A stretch of 34,534 nt of DNA from Octopus sinensis (lineage: Eukaryota). Shown piece after piece: positions 33,771 through 34,534 of this stretch (position 1 is the stretch's first letter; each line of letters opens with the position of its first letter). The stretch lies in the NCBI RefSeq assembly GCF_006345805.1, contig NW_021836409.1, positions 1-34,534 on the forward strand, given 5' to 3'. The position numbers and the translations under genes are program-made. Below the pieces are notes generated by a model. It did no database searches. It worked only from the letters and a program-made list of their open reading frames with translations, and was not told the origin of the DNA.

Positions 33771-34188
33771 GGCGCAGGAGTGGCTGTGTGGTAAGTAGCT
33801 TGCTTACCAACCACATGGTTCCGGGTTCACTCCCACTGCGTGGCACCTTGGGCAAGTGTCTTCTACTATAGCCTCGGGTCGACCAAAGCCTTGCGAGTGG
33901 ATTTGGTAGACGGAAACTGAAAGAAGCCCGTCGTATATATGTATATGTGTATATATGTATGTGTGTGTTTGTGTGTCTGTGTTTGTACCCCCCCCCACAA
34001 CATCGCTTGACAACCGATGCTGGTGTGTTTATGTCCCTGTAACTTAGCGGTTCGGCAAAAGAGACCGATAGAATAAGTACTAGGCTTACAAAGAATAAGT
34101 CCTGGGGTTGATTTGCTTGACTAAAGGCGGTGCTCCAGCATGGCCACAGTCAAATGACTGAAACAAGTAAAAGAGTAAAGAGAAAGAG
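33771..34188 (+). mobile_element. Family A SINE, full length, least diverged copy
   Basis: Box A-like tggctgtgtgg, box B-like ggttcactcc, CORE-like gcaccttgggcaagtgtctt, central (TA/TG)n and an aaagag-repeat tail. Confidence 0.93.
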
Positions 34189-34534
34189 TTATGTCGAACA
34201 AGTTTCTACTGTAACCCTTTATAACACCAATATTTTCACTGGTTAATTGTTTAATGGTTGGTTACACAATTGCAGAAGCTGTATGGGTTGCCATCGGAAA
34301 CAAAGAAGCAGGAATCACACACACTCCTGTGCCATTCAGTGGGCAAACTTCTCCGATAAGCATCACCTGACCGGTGGGCAAACACACAGAACCACCATGG
34401 GTACCCATCTGACCAGTAAGCAAACACTTATGGACCAAACTCCACGTTTAATCCAGTTCTCTTCTGTAGCTTCTTACTATCATTTCTCCTGCTACTGTCT
34501 CTCAATCGACTGACCTAGAGGTCACTGGACATGT

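Noticed and set aside
79-34513. ORF track as evidence of host genes
   Set aside because: Nearly all ORFs are translations of di-, tri- or tetranucleotide repeats or SINEs. The non-repetitive ones (e.g. 79-483, 22642-23190, 34247-34513) show no motif I recognise in that frame.

Overview
Eukaryotic, AT-rich, repeat-saturated window that reads as intronic or intergenic. The tRNA-derived SINE families, Dong/R4-like and RTE LINE remnants and extreme microsatellite density match what I recall of octopus (coleoid cephalopod) genomes; this is an inference, not a database result. I find no intact protein-coding gene, rRNA, true tRNA gene or CRISPR array, and almost every ORF in the supplied track is a microsatellite translation. 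The real coding remnants are frameshifted TE fragments, mostly missed by the track: two Dong/R4-like LINE pieces (about 17250-18630 minus; 24548-25469 plus), an RTE LINE piece (about 22785-23100), a Tc1/mariner transposase N-terminus (32942-33322 minus) and a mariner MITE (21801-22022). Six SINE-like families recur (my labels A-E plus an Arg-tRNA-like element). The most notable structure is microsatellite-guided nesting. Family C copies stack head-to-tail inside (TAA/TTA)n runs, and the central (TA/TG)n tract of family A repeatedly hosts other elements. There are also several close inverted SINE pairs, structured minisatellites and a roughly 640 bp GAA/TTC tract. Most boundaries were read by eye and are approximate.
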